Source of the DNA: Neptunicella sp.
Lineage (GTDB): Bacteria; Pseudomonadota; Gammaproteobacteria; Enterobacterales; Alteromonadaceae
Assembly: GCF_048268085.1 (NCBI RefSeq)
Contig: NZ_JBLWWF010000012.1
Span: forward strand, 19,909 to 83,908
Length of the DNA stretch: 64,000 nucleotides
Direction: 5' to 3'
This document shows positions 21,078 through 31,085 of this stretch, piece after piece. The notes under the pieces were generated by a model. That model did not search any database. It was not told the origin of the DNA and saw nothing but the letters and a program-made list of their open reading frames with translations. The position numbers and the translations under genes are program-made. Positions within the stretch are counted from its first letter, which is position 1. Each line of letters begins with the position of its first letter.

Positions 21078-23723
21078 GTGAAGTATCTCAAACCCTTAAT
21101 AATCATATTGTTGGTATCTGTATTACTAGGTATAGCGACTATCGCTTCGTTCTACATTTACCTGAAACCTCAATTGCCTAGTGTCGACGTTTTAAAAGAT
21201 GTCCACTTGCAAACTCCTATGAAAATTTATTCACAGGATGGCAAGCTGATCTCCCAATTTGGGGTAAAACGGCGAATTCCCCTATCAATTGAACAAATTC
21301 CACCGCAATTAATCAATGCTGTATTAGCCACCGAGGATAGTCGATTCTATGATCATCCGGGTATTGATATTATCGGCGTTTTCCGCGCAGCCGTTAATTT
21401 GATTACCACCGGTGAGAAAGGCCAAGGGGCCAGTACCATTACCATGCAATTAGCTCGGGGGTTTTTCTTAACCCGGGAAAAAGCTTATATCCGTAAAATT
21501 AAAGAAATCTTTATCGCCTGGCATATTGAACAAGTACTGACCAAGAATGAAATTCTTGAGTTGTATATGAATAAAATCGAACTGGGCCATCGTGCCTTCG
21601 GTTTTGGCGCCGCCGCACAAGTGTATTACGGCAAAGAGGTAAATGAACTCAATCTGGCACAAATCGCCACGCTAGCCGGATTACCTCAAGCCCCGTCAGT
21701 ACTTAATCCTATCAGTCGCCCCGAGCGTTCTTTAGCCCGGCGTCGCATTGTCCTGTTACGTATGCTGGATGAAAACTATATTAATCAACAACAATTCGAT
21801 CAGGCATTACAACAGCCGGTTACCGCTAAGTTACATGGCGCTGAAATCGAATTGCATGCACCTTATATTGCCGACATGGCCTATAACGAGATGATTGAGC
21901 GCTATGGTAAAGAAGAAGCCGAAACCCGTGGTTTTAGCGTTTACCTCACCACCCCGTCTGATTTGCAACGGGATGCGCAGCAAGCCGTAGTCAGAAACCT
22001 GCATGATTATGATGAACGCCATGGTTATCGCGGCCCAATTCGTCAATTATGGCAAGAACCTGAAGCTCCCCAAGCTGCTGAAACAGAAAATAGTGATACA
22101 TTCCAGGATGACTCTGCTAACCATGATTCGTTGTTAGCCAATACCACACTGGCCCAGCCCAGCAATGCCTGGTCGGAAGAGCAGATGCTGCAAGCACTTA
22201 ATTCACAAATAACTTATGCGCCATTAGAGCCGGCGATTGTCACTCATACCGAAGAGCGCTCAATTCAGGTCTTTAATGCCCAAGGGCAATATTTGGATAT
22301 TGATTGGGACGGTATTGCTTGGGCTCGTCCTTTTATTAATGATTCTAGACAGGGGCCCGACCCGCAAGTCGCCACTGACATAGTTAGCACCGGCGCACTA
22401 GTTTATATCCGTAAACGGGACGATGATTCTGGTCAATGGCAACTGAGCCAAATCCCAGATGTCAGTGGTGCCTTTGTGGCGCTTAATCCTGAAAATGGCG
22501 CTATTCAAGCATTAGTTGGTGGGTACAGCTTTTATCAAAGCCAGTTTAACCGCGCGACGCAAGCAAAACGGCAGGTTGGTTCGAACATCAAACCATTCGT
22601 TTATTCAGCCGCTTTAGATGCCGGTTACACCTTAGCCAGTGTGATCAATGACGCCCCGATCAATCAGTCTGACCGTGATTCGGGCACCGCCTGGCGTCCT
22701 CAAAATTCTGATCATACCTACGATGGCCCCATTCGCATGCGGGTCGGCTTGGGTAAATCAAAAAACATGGTATCGATTCGATTACTGCGCGGGGTAGGAC
22801 TGGACAATGTGATTCAACATCTTGCCCGCTTTGGTTTTAATCCCAAAGAATTGCCTCACGATGAAACCTTGGCAATTGGTTCTGCATCGTTAACACCGAT
22901 GGAGGTTGCCACTGGTTTTGCCATTATCAACAATGGGGGGTTTGCGGTAAAACCTTATCTGATAGAGCGAATTGAAGATTTACAGCAGCAGAAAGTCTGG
23001 AATGCCAATCCCATGGTGGCCTGTCGCAGCTGCCGTAATAAACCTCTGGATAGCTTGCCAGCTGAAACATTGCCAGAAGGAATTGAAGCTCCGCAAGTCA
23101 AATTAGCACCGCAAGTACTGGATTCACAAAATGCCTTTCTGGTCACCGAAATGATGCGCACCGGTTTACGCGCCAATGGTAGTTGGACCTATAAAACCTA
23201 TTGGCAAGGTACCGGCTGGCGAGCACGCAACATTTTACAGCGCGAAGATATCGCCGGTAAAACCGGAACGACAAATGATGCCAAAGATACCTGGTTTAGT
23301 GGTTTTACTCCCGATTTAGTTGCCACTGCCTGGGTTGGCTTCGATGATATGAGTCGCTCATTGGGTCGCACCAGTCCTAACCAATACCTGTTAAACAAAA
23401 ACCCTGAAAAATATAACTGGTTAGGTAACGCCATGGTCGGTGGTGAAGATGGGGCCCGTGCTGCTCAACCTGCATGGATCCGTTTTATGCAAAAAGCCTT
23501 ACAAAACGTACCTGAACGTCCCTTTTATATTCCTGAAGATATTGTCACCGTGCGTATTGACCGTACCACCGGTAAATTAACCCAGCGTACTGACCATACA
23601 TCACGTTTTGAATACTTTAAAAAAGGCACTGAACCCACTCAATATGTGCGTGAGGACGAACTGGTTGACCCTTATTTAGAGCAACAAGGTCAAACGCAGC
23701 AAGAACCGGAAGATATTTTTTAA
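21078..23723 (+). CDS. mrcA: penicillin-binding protein 1A (bifunctional glycosyltransferase/transpeptidase)
   Basis: GT51 motifs (ATEDSRFYDHPGID, GASTITMQLAR), transpeptidase motifs SxxK (GSNIKPF), SDH-like and KTGTTND. Divergent from pilM as in other Gammaproteobacteria. Confidence 0.93.
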   Translation: MKYLKPLIIILLVSVLLGIATIASFYIYLKPQLPSVDVLKDVHLQTPMKIYSQDGKLISQFGVKRRIPLSIEQIPPQLINAVLATEDSRFYDHPGIDIIGVFRAAVNLITTGEKGQGASTITMQLARGFFLTREKAYIRKIKEIFIAWHIEQVLTKNEILELYMNKIELGHRAFGFGAAAQVYYGKEVNELNLAQIATLAGLPQAPSVLNPISRPERSLARRRIVLLRMLDENYINQQQFDQALQQPVTAKLHGAEIELHAPYIADMAYNEMIERYGKEEAETRGFSVYLTTPSDLQRDAQQAVVRNLHDYDERHGYRGPIRQLWQEPEAPQAAETENSDTFQDDSANHDSLLANTTLAQPSNAWSEEQMLQALNSQITYAPLEPAIVTHTEERSIQVFNAQGQYLDIDWDGIAWARPFINDSRQGPDPQVATDIVSTGALVYIRKRDDDSGQWQLSQIPDVSGAFVALNPENGAIQALVGGYSFYQSQFNRATQAKRQVGSNIKPFVYSAALDAGYTLASVINDAPINQSDRDSGTAWRPQNSDHTYDGPIRMRVGLGKSKNMVSIRLLRGVGLDNVIQHLARFGFNPKELPHDETLAIGSASLTPMEVATGFAIINNGGFAVKPYLIERIEDLQQQKVWNANPMVACRSCRNKPLDSLPAETLPEGIEAPQVKLAPQVLDSQNAFLVTEMMRTGLRANGSWTYKTYWQGTGWRARNILQREDIAGKTGTTNDAKDTWFSGFTPDLVATAWVGFDDMSRSLGRTSPNQYLLNKNPEKYNWLGNAMVGGEDGARAAQPAWIRFMQKALQNVPERPFYIPEDIVTVRIDRTTGKLTQRTDHTSRFEYFKKGTEPTQYVREDELVDPYLEQQGQTQQEPEDIF

Positions 23724-23775
23724 CGAGTAAATGTAAGGTGTGTTCAATCGTCCAGATAAATAAAGCTTATTGATG

Positions 23776-24774
23776 CTAAAAAATATCCATGGTTCTTTCA
23801 ATAAACCAATAGCTGGACAACACACCGACACTAAGCGGCACATATCGCATAGAAATTAGCGAATTATTTGCAAAATATTTTTTCCCTATTTTGCAAATCA
23901 TCAAAATACAAATGACAAACAGGAGTTGGCCCAACTCAATCCCTACGTTGAAGAAAAAGAGTGAGATCGGGATTGAGTCTTCACCTATCCCAATATCATT
24001 TAACGCGGTCGCAAAACCGAATCCGTGTAACAAACCAAATCCAAATGCAGCTAGCCAGGGCCAGCGATGAATAGTCCCGACTTTTCCTTTTTGAGCCTGA
24101 ATAACTTCTGCTGCGAGAAATGCAATAGATAGTGCAATAGACGCTTCTACCGGTGCTGTCGGGAGATGAACCCAACCTAATGTTGTACCTATTAGTGTAA
24201 TTGAGTGTGCAATGGTAAAAGCGGTAATCGCCCCTAACAATTGTCTGCGACTTTTAATTATCAGAATAAGGCAAAAAACAAATAAAAGGTGGTCAATGCC
24301 CGCAAGTATATGGGTAACGCCAAAACCTAAGTAAGTTTTAGCTGCAATCCAGCCGTGTCGTTTAATTGGAATGTGAGCATAAGGTGCTGACCCTAATATG
24401 CGTAATGTCAGTCCTTCGCCAACTAAAGGCTCGTATTGAAGTAGCGCATCCGTTAGGCTCGCTTCAAGATTTTCAATATAAATTGTTTTACCAAGCAACC
24501 CACCATCACACTGACTTCGCCAAGTTTGAACTGCTGCACCTTTAACTTTTGTTGTACGCACCATTCCGGTGATATGGCATTCATGCGGAAGAATAACATT
24601 GAGATTCAAACGCATATCTCCTTGAGCCGGGGTTTTCCAAAGGAAATCATAAGTTGTCGATGTGATTTCACGAACATCAAGATAGGCAGGGCGAACTTCA
24701 TGGGCTGAGACGGTAGAAGCGAAACCAGTGAAATAAATTAACACTGCCAATAACGAGTACGCCCTCACGTTCAT
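23776..24774 (-). CDS. HupE/UreJ-family membrane protein with an N-terminal periplasmic domain
   Basis: Signal peptide, a soluble domain of about 140 aa, then 6 TM segments containing the HILAGIDHLLF signature typical of HupE/UreJ-type proteins. Start overlaps the upstream stop (TAATG). Confidence 0.72.
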   Translation of the reverse strand: MNVRAYSLLAVLIYFTGFASTVSAHEVRPAYLDVREITSTTYDFLWKTPAQGDMRLNLNVILPHECHITGMVRTTKVKGAAVQTWRSQCDGGLLGKTIYIENLEASLTDALLQYEPLVGEGLTLRILGSAPYAHIPIKRHGWIAAKTYLGFGVTHILAGIDHLLFVFCLILIIKSRRQLLGAITAFTIAHSITLIGTTLGWVHLPTAPVEASIALSIAFLAAEVIQAQKGKVGTIHRWPWLAAFGFGLLHGFGFATALNDIGIGEDSIPISLFFFNVGIELGQLLFVICILMICKIGKKYFANNSLISMRYVPLSVGVLSSYWFIERTMDIF

Positions 24775-25694
24775 TACTCCGTATTCCCAGAAAAGCGATG
24801 CGAATCAGTTGACGATATACTCCCTTGCATGGTCGATGTCGGCCAATCAACTTCTACCGAATAACGTTGACGAATTCGCGCTAAATAGTTCTTGGCGGCT
24901 TCCTCTCTTTTTGCTTCTATCCAGTCTACTTTCAGTTTGTCTTTGATTTCACTAAATTCAGGATCGATAGACGGTTCGCGTTGCGTAATAAATACGAGGT
25001 GAATACCCAAAGGTGAAGATACCGGACCAAACCATTTACCTTCCACACCAGCAAAAATACTTGATGCAAAGTTTTCTCCAAATAACGAGCTAATGCGTTG
25101 CTTGGATAAATGTGACAATTTTGCCGGTATCACTGATGGATCGCCCATTGATTCAGGCTTGGCACCGGCTTGCAGGTTTAACAAACCTTGCTGCGCATCT
25201 GAGATGGCTTGCTCTCCTCTGAGATCCTGACTAATCAGAACGTGACGAAAAGATATTCGCGCGGGAAACCGATATTCCAACCGTCGTACTTTAAACCAGT
25301 CTAACAATTGAGCATCACTAGGGTCTTCACTGGAAGCGGTATCTTGCGCAAGAAAAGTTAACTTTTGCTTCATTCGTCTTCGAACTATCGTGTCATCTTC
25401 ATCAAGACCAATTGCGATTGCTTCTCGATAAAATACCTCTTCGTTGACGAAGTCATCCACTAACGCACGTAACTCTTGTTTTGATGGTAAACGACCGGCG
25501 ACGAGACGATATTGATTAGATATTTGTTCTATTTGACCTTGAGTAACGACTATTTGTTGTGTTGCGCCTGATTTTTTCGCTCCGTTGATAAACAAGTTGA
25601 GTATAAATAATAACAACGCTATGAGCATAAATTGTAAAATGGGCTCTCGCAGCATTTTCGCAATAATACCACCAGCACGATTGCGATTATTCAT
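24774..25694 (-). CDS. membrane-anchored PpiC/SurA-like peptidyl-prolyl isomerase family protein
   Basis: N-terminal TM anchor (ILQFMLIALLLFILNLF), a SurA-N-like helical region (FVNEEVFYREAIAIGLDEDD.IVRRRM) and a short rotamase-like segment (WFGPVSSPLGIHLVFI). Start set at ATG 25694, which overlaps the DUF3604 stop as ATGAATAA. The ORF-track start at 25787 would give a 100-nt overlap. Confidence 0.62.
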   Translation of the reverse strand: MNNRNRAGGIIAKMLREPILQFMLIALLLFILNLFINGAKKSGATQQIVVTQGQIEQISNQYRLVAGRLPSKQELRALVDDFVNEEVFYREAIAIGLDEDDTIVRRRMKQKLTFLAQDTASSEDPSDAQLLDWFKVRRLEYRFPARISFRHVLISQDLRGEQAISDAQQGLLNLQAGAKPESMGDPSVIPAKLSHLSKQRISSLFGENFASSIFAGVEGKWFGPVSSPLGIHLVFITQREPSIDPEFSEIKDKLKVDWIEAKREEAAKNYLARIRQRYSVEVDWPTSTMQGSISSTDSHRFSGNTE

Positions 25695-27600
25695 CGGCAG
25701 GCTCAAACCAAATGGGTGACGTATAAGCGCGTTCCTGCACTGTTTTAGCAACATTAGGATTAGGTTCACTATTTGCGCGTATTGCATCCCATGTAGACCA
25801 ACGACATGTTGGGTTTTCTAATACACGGGCATAGTAAAATGCTCTTTGCGCAGCATCGAATTCAGGATCCAGCCACTGTGCACGTAATTCAGCATCACCT
25901 ACTCCTTGAGTCATTTCGCAGGTCTGGGTATTAACTGCTGCGCCATTATCCGCACAACGGTGGGTTTCGGGATTGATCGATCCATTATCGGAACAGGCAA
26001 CATCGTAAACTTTTTCATGAGATTGCCCCTCACTATCCAGCCAGCCCTTAATAATTTGCACACGTTGTAACGGGGCGGAATTAACATCACGAATAGCCAT
26101 CACCACAAAATTGAGGGGCGTGTTGGTTACATTGACGATTTCTCCCCCCATAGGTACGCCGTTGGCGTAAAGTCGTGCCAGTCCTTCAGCCGTGGTTAAA
26201 TCATCTGCATTCAGGTTTTTCCCGGCGAACAGTCGAACTTTTATTCTTGGCCCTGTCGTACTAAAGGTTTCTTTGCGACGCATAGCCGAAAACAATGACT
26301 CACGGGTATTCGATTCCGCCCAAACACCAGCCAGACCAGCTGAGCCCCATGCCAACGTTAAACGCGAAGGTCTGCCATCCGCATAGTATTCATTCCAGTC
26401 TTTAAATTCCGGGCCGGGAACTGAACCTCTTTTTGCAGGTGTTCCGTCGAGTACACCGGCCTTAGAAAAATAATTATCCTCTTCATAGGGCCCGGCTGAA
26501 TCATGACCATCGCTCCCCGAAACGAAACCCAATTTATAGGGATTTACACCCGTCGTATTTTCAATCTCCAAACCGCGTTTAAGCGCATCTCTCACATAGC
26601 CGCCTGCAAATTTAGTGATAGGTTTCAAGGACCCAATATAAGAGGTCATAAGTTCAAACCCGGCAAACTCATCGTTGGGAGAAAGTAATGGCATCGTCTC
26701 CGATTGCCCCTTCACTTGCGACACTTCTACTAAAGGTTCATTTCGAGCGCGCAATTGAGCGTATGCCTCATCAATTGGCTGACCATTCCACATGGTTCTT
26801 TCAAACATGGTGCCGTCAGAAGCATTGGAGTTATGTGGTATAGCCAATGAATCGATTCCCTGAGCACGCAGTTTATCCAACCAACGCCACAAGTCTTCAG
26901 GATTTTGCGAATCCAGAGCAGTGTATGGCAGTTCTGGTACCTTATTATTGGCAAAGATAACATTACGGTGCAGATTTCGCTTACCGGGTAATGAGGTAAA
27001 TTCGTATCCCACAAAGGTAGTGAATACACCGGGATTATTGTGCCGTTCAGCACTATCAATCTCGTCCTGCCATGCGGACTTCGTCACACGCGTATCACTG
27101 AACTCCGGCAAAACTTGACTTTCAAGCATACTATTAACAAAACGAGAAAAAGCACCTAGTACTTCTTTACGATTAGTGGAAAAAAGGTCCTTGGCATAAG
27201 GCACCTTGGAATATTCTGTACCCGGCGTCGCAATTTCAGCTAACACGCCAAGGTATTCGGCATGATCAGTCACCGCAAGAAAATCGAGAGGTGGAGAGTG
27301 CAATTTAAGGTCATAACCTAAAGGATGTTTGATGGTTTTTCCTTTAGCGTAGTTGTAAGCGTCATCCGGTGAGGTACGCACATTGAACAAGTATGCATCA
27401 TATGAATGACGGGTATGGATATGAAGATCACCAAAATAGGCGTTACGTATGGGGTTGACGGCAACGGTCTTTTTTTGCGCCATCTGATTACTAGCAGGTG
27501 CGCTTGACGCAACAACGGTCTCTGATGTCGACTCAGAGTCACAAGCAGATACAATAACGCAGCTAACTATTAGGAGCGTAATGGTTCGAAGTGTGGCCAT
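25687..27600 (-). CDS. DUF3604 family protein (PHP-like metal-dependent hydrolase fold), probable lipoprotein
   Basis: YFGDLHIHTRHSYDAY near the mature N-terminus (HxH, PHP-like) and a length above 600 aa fit DUF3604 as I remember it. The preferred start at 27600 gives MATLRTITLLIVSCVIVSA-C (lipobox). Alternative starts at 27687 and 27651. Confidence 0.72.
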   Translation of the reverse strand: MATLRTITLLIVSCVIVSACDSESTSETVVASSAPASNQMAQKKTVAVNPIRNAYFGDLHIHTRHSYDAYLFNVRTSPDDAYNYAKGKTIKHPLGYDLKLHSPPLDFLAVTDHAEYLGVLAEIATPGTEYSKVPYAKDLFSTNRKEVLGAFSRFVNSMLESQVLPEFSDTRVTKSAWQDEIDSAERHNNPGVFTTFVGYEFTSLPGKRNLHRNVIFANNKVPELPYTALDSQNPEDLWRWLDKLRAQGIDSLAIPHNSNASDGTMFERTMWNGQPIDEAYAQLRARNEPLVEVSQVKGQSETMPLLSPNDEFAGFELMTSYIGSLKPITKFAGGYVRDALKRGLEIENTTGVNPYKLGFVSGSDGHDSAGPYEEDNYFSKAGVLDGTPAKRGSVPGPEFKDWNEYYADGRPSRLTLAWGSAGLAGVWAESNTRESLFSAMRRKETFSTTGPRIKVRLFAGKNLNADDLTTAEGLARLYANGVPMGGEIVNVTNTPLNFVVMAIRDVNSAPLQRVQIIKGWLDSEGQSHEKVYDVACSDNGSINPETHRCADNGAAVNTQTCEMTQGVGDAELRAQWLDPEFDAAQRAFYYARVLENPTCRWSTWDAIRANSEPNPNVAKTVQERAYTSPIWFEPADE

Positions 27601-27701
27601 TGTTGAACGCGAATCAGCTTTTATTTTGCATATAAAAAGTGGCTTCATCATTTTATGTCCTGATTCATAAGAGATATTGGATGTCACAGTTAAAACAAAT
27701 A

Positions 27702-27728
27702 TAAAAAGGTGGGAGCGCTCCCACCTTC
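27702..27728 (-). terminator. perfect GC-rich hairpin plus T-run between the TonB receptor gene and the DUF3604 gene
   Basis: aaggtgggagc/gctcccacctt palindrome (27707-27728). On the minus strand it is followed by TTTTT (complement of 27704-27708). Confidence 0.7.
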
Positions 27729-27741
27729 CGGATCCCCCTAG

Positions 27742-30700
27742 CTAAAACGTATATTTAGCACTGACTTCAAAGGTACGACCTAGTGGATTAGCCATCCACG
27801 GATCGTAACCAAACTCCTCTTGCGCTGGCGGTGGATCACGATCCAATATATTAGCGGCAGTGGCGCTGATAGAAAGCTCATCATTAACTTCTACGAGATA
27901 GGTGAAGTTAACCGTCACCCAATTTTCACCGTTTTCGCCGTACTGAATATCAGGTCGTTCGTCAGTAACTGCAGAAACATAGTTTATACCTAGTCGGAAA
28001 TTCTGATAATCCAGTTGATAATTGATCCCCAAATTGGCCCGCCACTCGGGTGCAGCCTGTGCAAAAGTTGCAAAGTTTAAGGTGCCTAGTCTATCGTCGC
28101 CGGTAGAAACAACTACCCCATCCAATTCAGTAGAACCCGTTTTTAACTCTGTCACTTTGGTCGCGGTTAAATCCAGTTTCAAAATGCCAGTGTCAAACGG
28201 CATCTCATACTTTGCTTGAATATCAAAACCATTGGTCATTTGGCCCGGACCATTACCGTAGCGGGTCGAGATGGCTGAAAACGCGCCAATGGCGCTCATT
28301 CCCACCGTACAGCCGTTGCTAAAGGTCACACGATTTAACAAAGGTTGTTCATTTGCGTCACAAGTCGTAATTGTGCCACCTTCACCGTTAAAAACCAGAC
28401 TGGCAACTTGATTAGGATCCGCGACTTCACCAATTTGATCTTTTGTCTCAATATCAAAGTAATCAACGATGAGTTGAAAATCGTGATCCTCTGAAAAACC
28501 TCGGCTTTGCCAAATAGCACCGACATTCCACGATGTGGCGGTTTCTGGCTTAAGGTTCTCATCCGTAATAAATTGTGCTGCTAGCCAATTATTTGCTGCA
28601 ACCGTATACGTTCTAGCCCCCACACTTACCGCCCCAGGTATTACGCCAACAGGTGGAGTTTGATAATTGGTTCCGTAAGAACCACGGAAGATTAGTGAAT
28701 CGGTTGCCCGCCATTTACCGGCAAATTTATACACTGTAGCCCCTAAGCCTCCTGAAAATTCTTCATTACGCACTGCGGCCTGAAAGTCCACTGTATCGGT
28801 GACAGGTAACTGAAACTCGGCAAATAAGGAATATTGTTCACGTTCAGCGGCGTCAGCTGGATCCGGCGCAAAAAGCACATAGGGACCAGGGCCATCGGGT
28901 GTACATCCTCGGAAATCGGGATCGGTTGTCGATACCGGATTAGCTTCAAGGTTGGGTGATCCTTCACCATTTGCACTAGTGTAACCATCTGGCCAGGCGC
29001 AAGGTGTACTACCATCCATGAAAGGACTGTCAACTTTTTCTCGGCTAGAGAAATTTCGGTATTGTAGGCCTGTTGCCCACTTAATTTCGCCACCCGGCAA
29101 TTCAATGCCTGAACCTCCATTAAAAACTAAATCGAAAGTGAGGCTATTACTAACGGTTTCTATCGCGCGTTGGTCAAAGAGCCAACGAGTTAATTCTTCG
29201 TTGTTTTCACTGCCGGAGATATAGTTAGGATTACTTAAATTTTGCATCGGGTTTTTAGCAAAAGAACTGGAGAAAGGATTCCACCACATACAACCATTTT
29301 GACCTGCCGCAGACGGATTTTGTGTACCAAATCGGCTAGGATCCAGATCAACGGCGCTACAGTTTGGTCCGCCAAAACCATAAAGCGCTTCTTGTAAACG
29401 GTAACCAATCGTATCGGCGTGAGTACTGGATGAGATTGCCTGATTAAACGTCAGCGCCATATCAAACCCGATATCTTTAGCCCGCCCTGCCCAGTCACCC
29501 AATTCTCCGTTGAGCACAGCAGATACCCGCCAAACCTTATTCTGGATATCATCGGCGACCCCATAACCATCACCACCAGAAATAAAATCATTGCCGCCGT
29601 GAGCTAATAATCGGTAGGTGAGAGGAGTAAAACCTGCTGCTGATGAAAGCCCGTTATTGGCAGCAAACTCAGCCGCATAAGGATTACTAATAGGAATATA
29701 AAACTGATCAAGCAGAGTGGGCGAAAGTGCTGGCCCCCTTATTACCGGTTGTGCCGGAGATCCCATAACTTGTGGCACTGTGACTTGTCCGTAAGATGCA
29801 TCAAAATGAAAATCAATACTGTCGGTCACTTCAGCATTGAGCTGGGCATAACCTCGGAAAATATCCTGATTTTCGACCAATCGATAGAATTGAATATAAT
29901 TGTAGGCACAAGTATAGGCATTGTCATAGCGCCCCCCTACCGCGGCACAAGACTCAGGCGTGAAATCGGACGCAAATCCCACAGGGGCGCCCCATTCACC
30001 ATTGGCTGTCGCATCAGGAACTGACGGTAACGGCCCTCTGGCTGTCCAACCGGCGAGATTGGTTAGTGTTGACCAGGGAGCAGGATTATATCCTTCTTTG
30101 GTTGAATCGAGTGAAGCTTTAGAAAAATCTCTATCTAAGGTACTGAGACGGGAACGATGTTCATACTCCGCAGACCACATAAAATTAACTTTATCCTCGC
30201 CGAAGCCACCCAATAAGCCGATTGAATAATCACCATCAGACGAGTCAATCAATTTGTATTGTGCATTGGCTTCAAAACCAACAAATTCTTTACGGGTAAT
30301 AAAATTAACCACACCACCGGTTGCATCCGCGCCATAGATAACGGCAGCACCATCTTTGAGTACTTCAGTGTGGCTCAACGCAATCGAAGGAATATTAGAG
30401 GTATTCAGGTTCATTCTGCGGCCATTGAGCAAAATAAGGGTTTTATCTGAGCCTAGGCCACGTAGATTGTAATTAACCGAACCGGTCAGTGCGGGGCCAC
30501 CAAAGTAATAGGATTCCCCTGTGGTAGGCCCAGAAATAGTCAAGCTTTTAGCAAATTCCAGCGCCGATGGTGAACCTTGCTTTTCAAGATCCGCCTGATT
30601 GTAAACTTCAACGGGAAGGGCTGCATCGAGCGGGGTTCCCTTTATATAGGATCCCGTGACAATGATTAGCTCTACATCTTTCGTATCGGTCTTTGTCTCA

Positions 30701-30792
30701 CTATCTGCTTCTTGACCCCAGCTGCAAGGAGTGGTTAAAGCAATGCCTATTAATATTGCAAGGCGGGTTTTATTACACCGTTCAATCTCCAT
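27742..30792 (-). CDS. TonB-dependent outer-membrane receptor (1016 aa)
   Basis: Signal peptide, plug region (IIVTGSYIKGTP...ALEFAKSL...LILLNGRRM...EVLKDGAAVIYGADATGGVVNFITR), a long beta-barrel and a terminal ...KYTF. Confidence 0.9.
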   Translation of the reverse strand: MEIERCNKTRLAILIGIALTTPCSWGQEADSETKTDTKDVELIIVTGSYIKGTPLDAALPVEVYNQADLEKQGSPSALEFAKSLTISGPTTGESYYFGGPALTGSVNYNLRGLGSDKTLILLNGRRMNLNTSNIPSIALSHTEVLKDGAAVIYGADATGGVVNFITRKEFVGFEANAQYKLIDSSDGDYSIGLLGGFGEDKVNFMWSAEYEHRSRLSTLDRDFSKASLDSTKEGYNPAPWSTLTNLAGWTARGPLPSVPDATANGEWGAPVGFASDFTPESCAAVGGRYDNAYTCAYNYIQFYRLVENQDIFRGYAQLNAEVTDSIDFHFDASYGQVTVPQVMGSPAQPVIRGPALSPTLLDQFYIPISNPYAAEFAANNGLSSAAGFTPLTYRLLAHGGNDFISGGDGYGVADDIQNKVWRVSAVLNGELGDWAGRAKDIGFDMALTFNQAISSSTHADTIGYRLQEALYGFGGPNCSAVDLDPSRFGTQNPSAAGQNGCMWWNPFSSSFAKNPMQNLSNPNYISGSENNEELTRWLFDQRAIETVSNSLTFDLVFNGGSGIELPGGEIKWATGLQYRNFSSREKVDSPFMDGSTPCAWPDGYTSANGEGSPNLEANPVSTTDPDFRGCTPDGPGPYVLFAPDPADAAEREQYSLFAEFQLPVTDTVDFQAAVRNEEFSGGLGATVYKFAGKWRATDSLIFRGSYGTNYQTPPVGVIPGAVSVGARTYTVAANNWLAAQFITDENLKPETATSWNVGAIWQSRGFSEDHDFQLIVDYFDIETKDQIGEVADPNQVASLVFNGEGGTITTCDANEQPLLNRVTFSNGCTVGMSAIGAFSAISTRYGNGPGQMTNGFDIQAKYEMPFDTGILKLDLTATKVTELKTGSTELDGVVVSTGDDRLGTLNFATFAQAAPEWRANLGINYQLDYQNFRLGINYVSAVTDERPDIQYGENGENWVTVNFTYLVEVNDELSISATAANILDRDPPPAQEEFGYDPWMANPLGRTFEVSAKYTF

Positions 30793-30880
30793 CGTTTCCC
30801 CCTAATTATTGTTATAATTTTGTTAAGTTAATTAACATGAGAGTGAGTATTATTCCTTGTGATAATTTTGTCAATCAGAT

Positions 30881-30899
30881 TTGCACAAACTTTGTGCAA
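30881..30899. promoter_or_regulatory. perfect 19-bp palindrome upstream of the 1016-aa TonB receptor gene
   Basis: ttgcacaaa-c-tttgtgcaa has 9-bp perfect arms. It lies 89-107 nt upstream of the start at 30792. Confidence 0.35.
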
Positions 30900-31085
30900 C
30901 ATTGAAAGGCGGAATATCCAATGAAGTGTGGGCCAATTAACTTGAATTAAGAGCATCAAGCATGAGGGATTATCAAAATAGCGTGGTAAAGGCATTACGC
31001 CCTGGAACCTGGGAGTCCAGCTTTAATTGGAAAGAAAAGAAAAAGTATGAGTGGAAACGAGTTAACCCGTTAGGTCTTTTTAACA

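Noticed and set aside
25695-25787. The ORF-track start of the PpiC-like gene implies a 100-nt overlap with the DUF3604 gene.
   Set aside because: The internal ATG at 25694 gives the common ATGAATAA stop/start overlap and places the TM anchor near the N-terminus. The longer version adds an implausible leader.
30858-30875. The TGTGA-containing sequences (30858, 32235, 32255) could be CRP sites.
   Set aside because: The second half-sites and spacing do not fit TGTGA-N6-TCACA: 30858 has TGTGA-N6-TGTCA, and 32235 has 15 nt between the halves.
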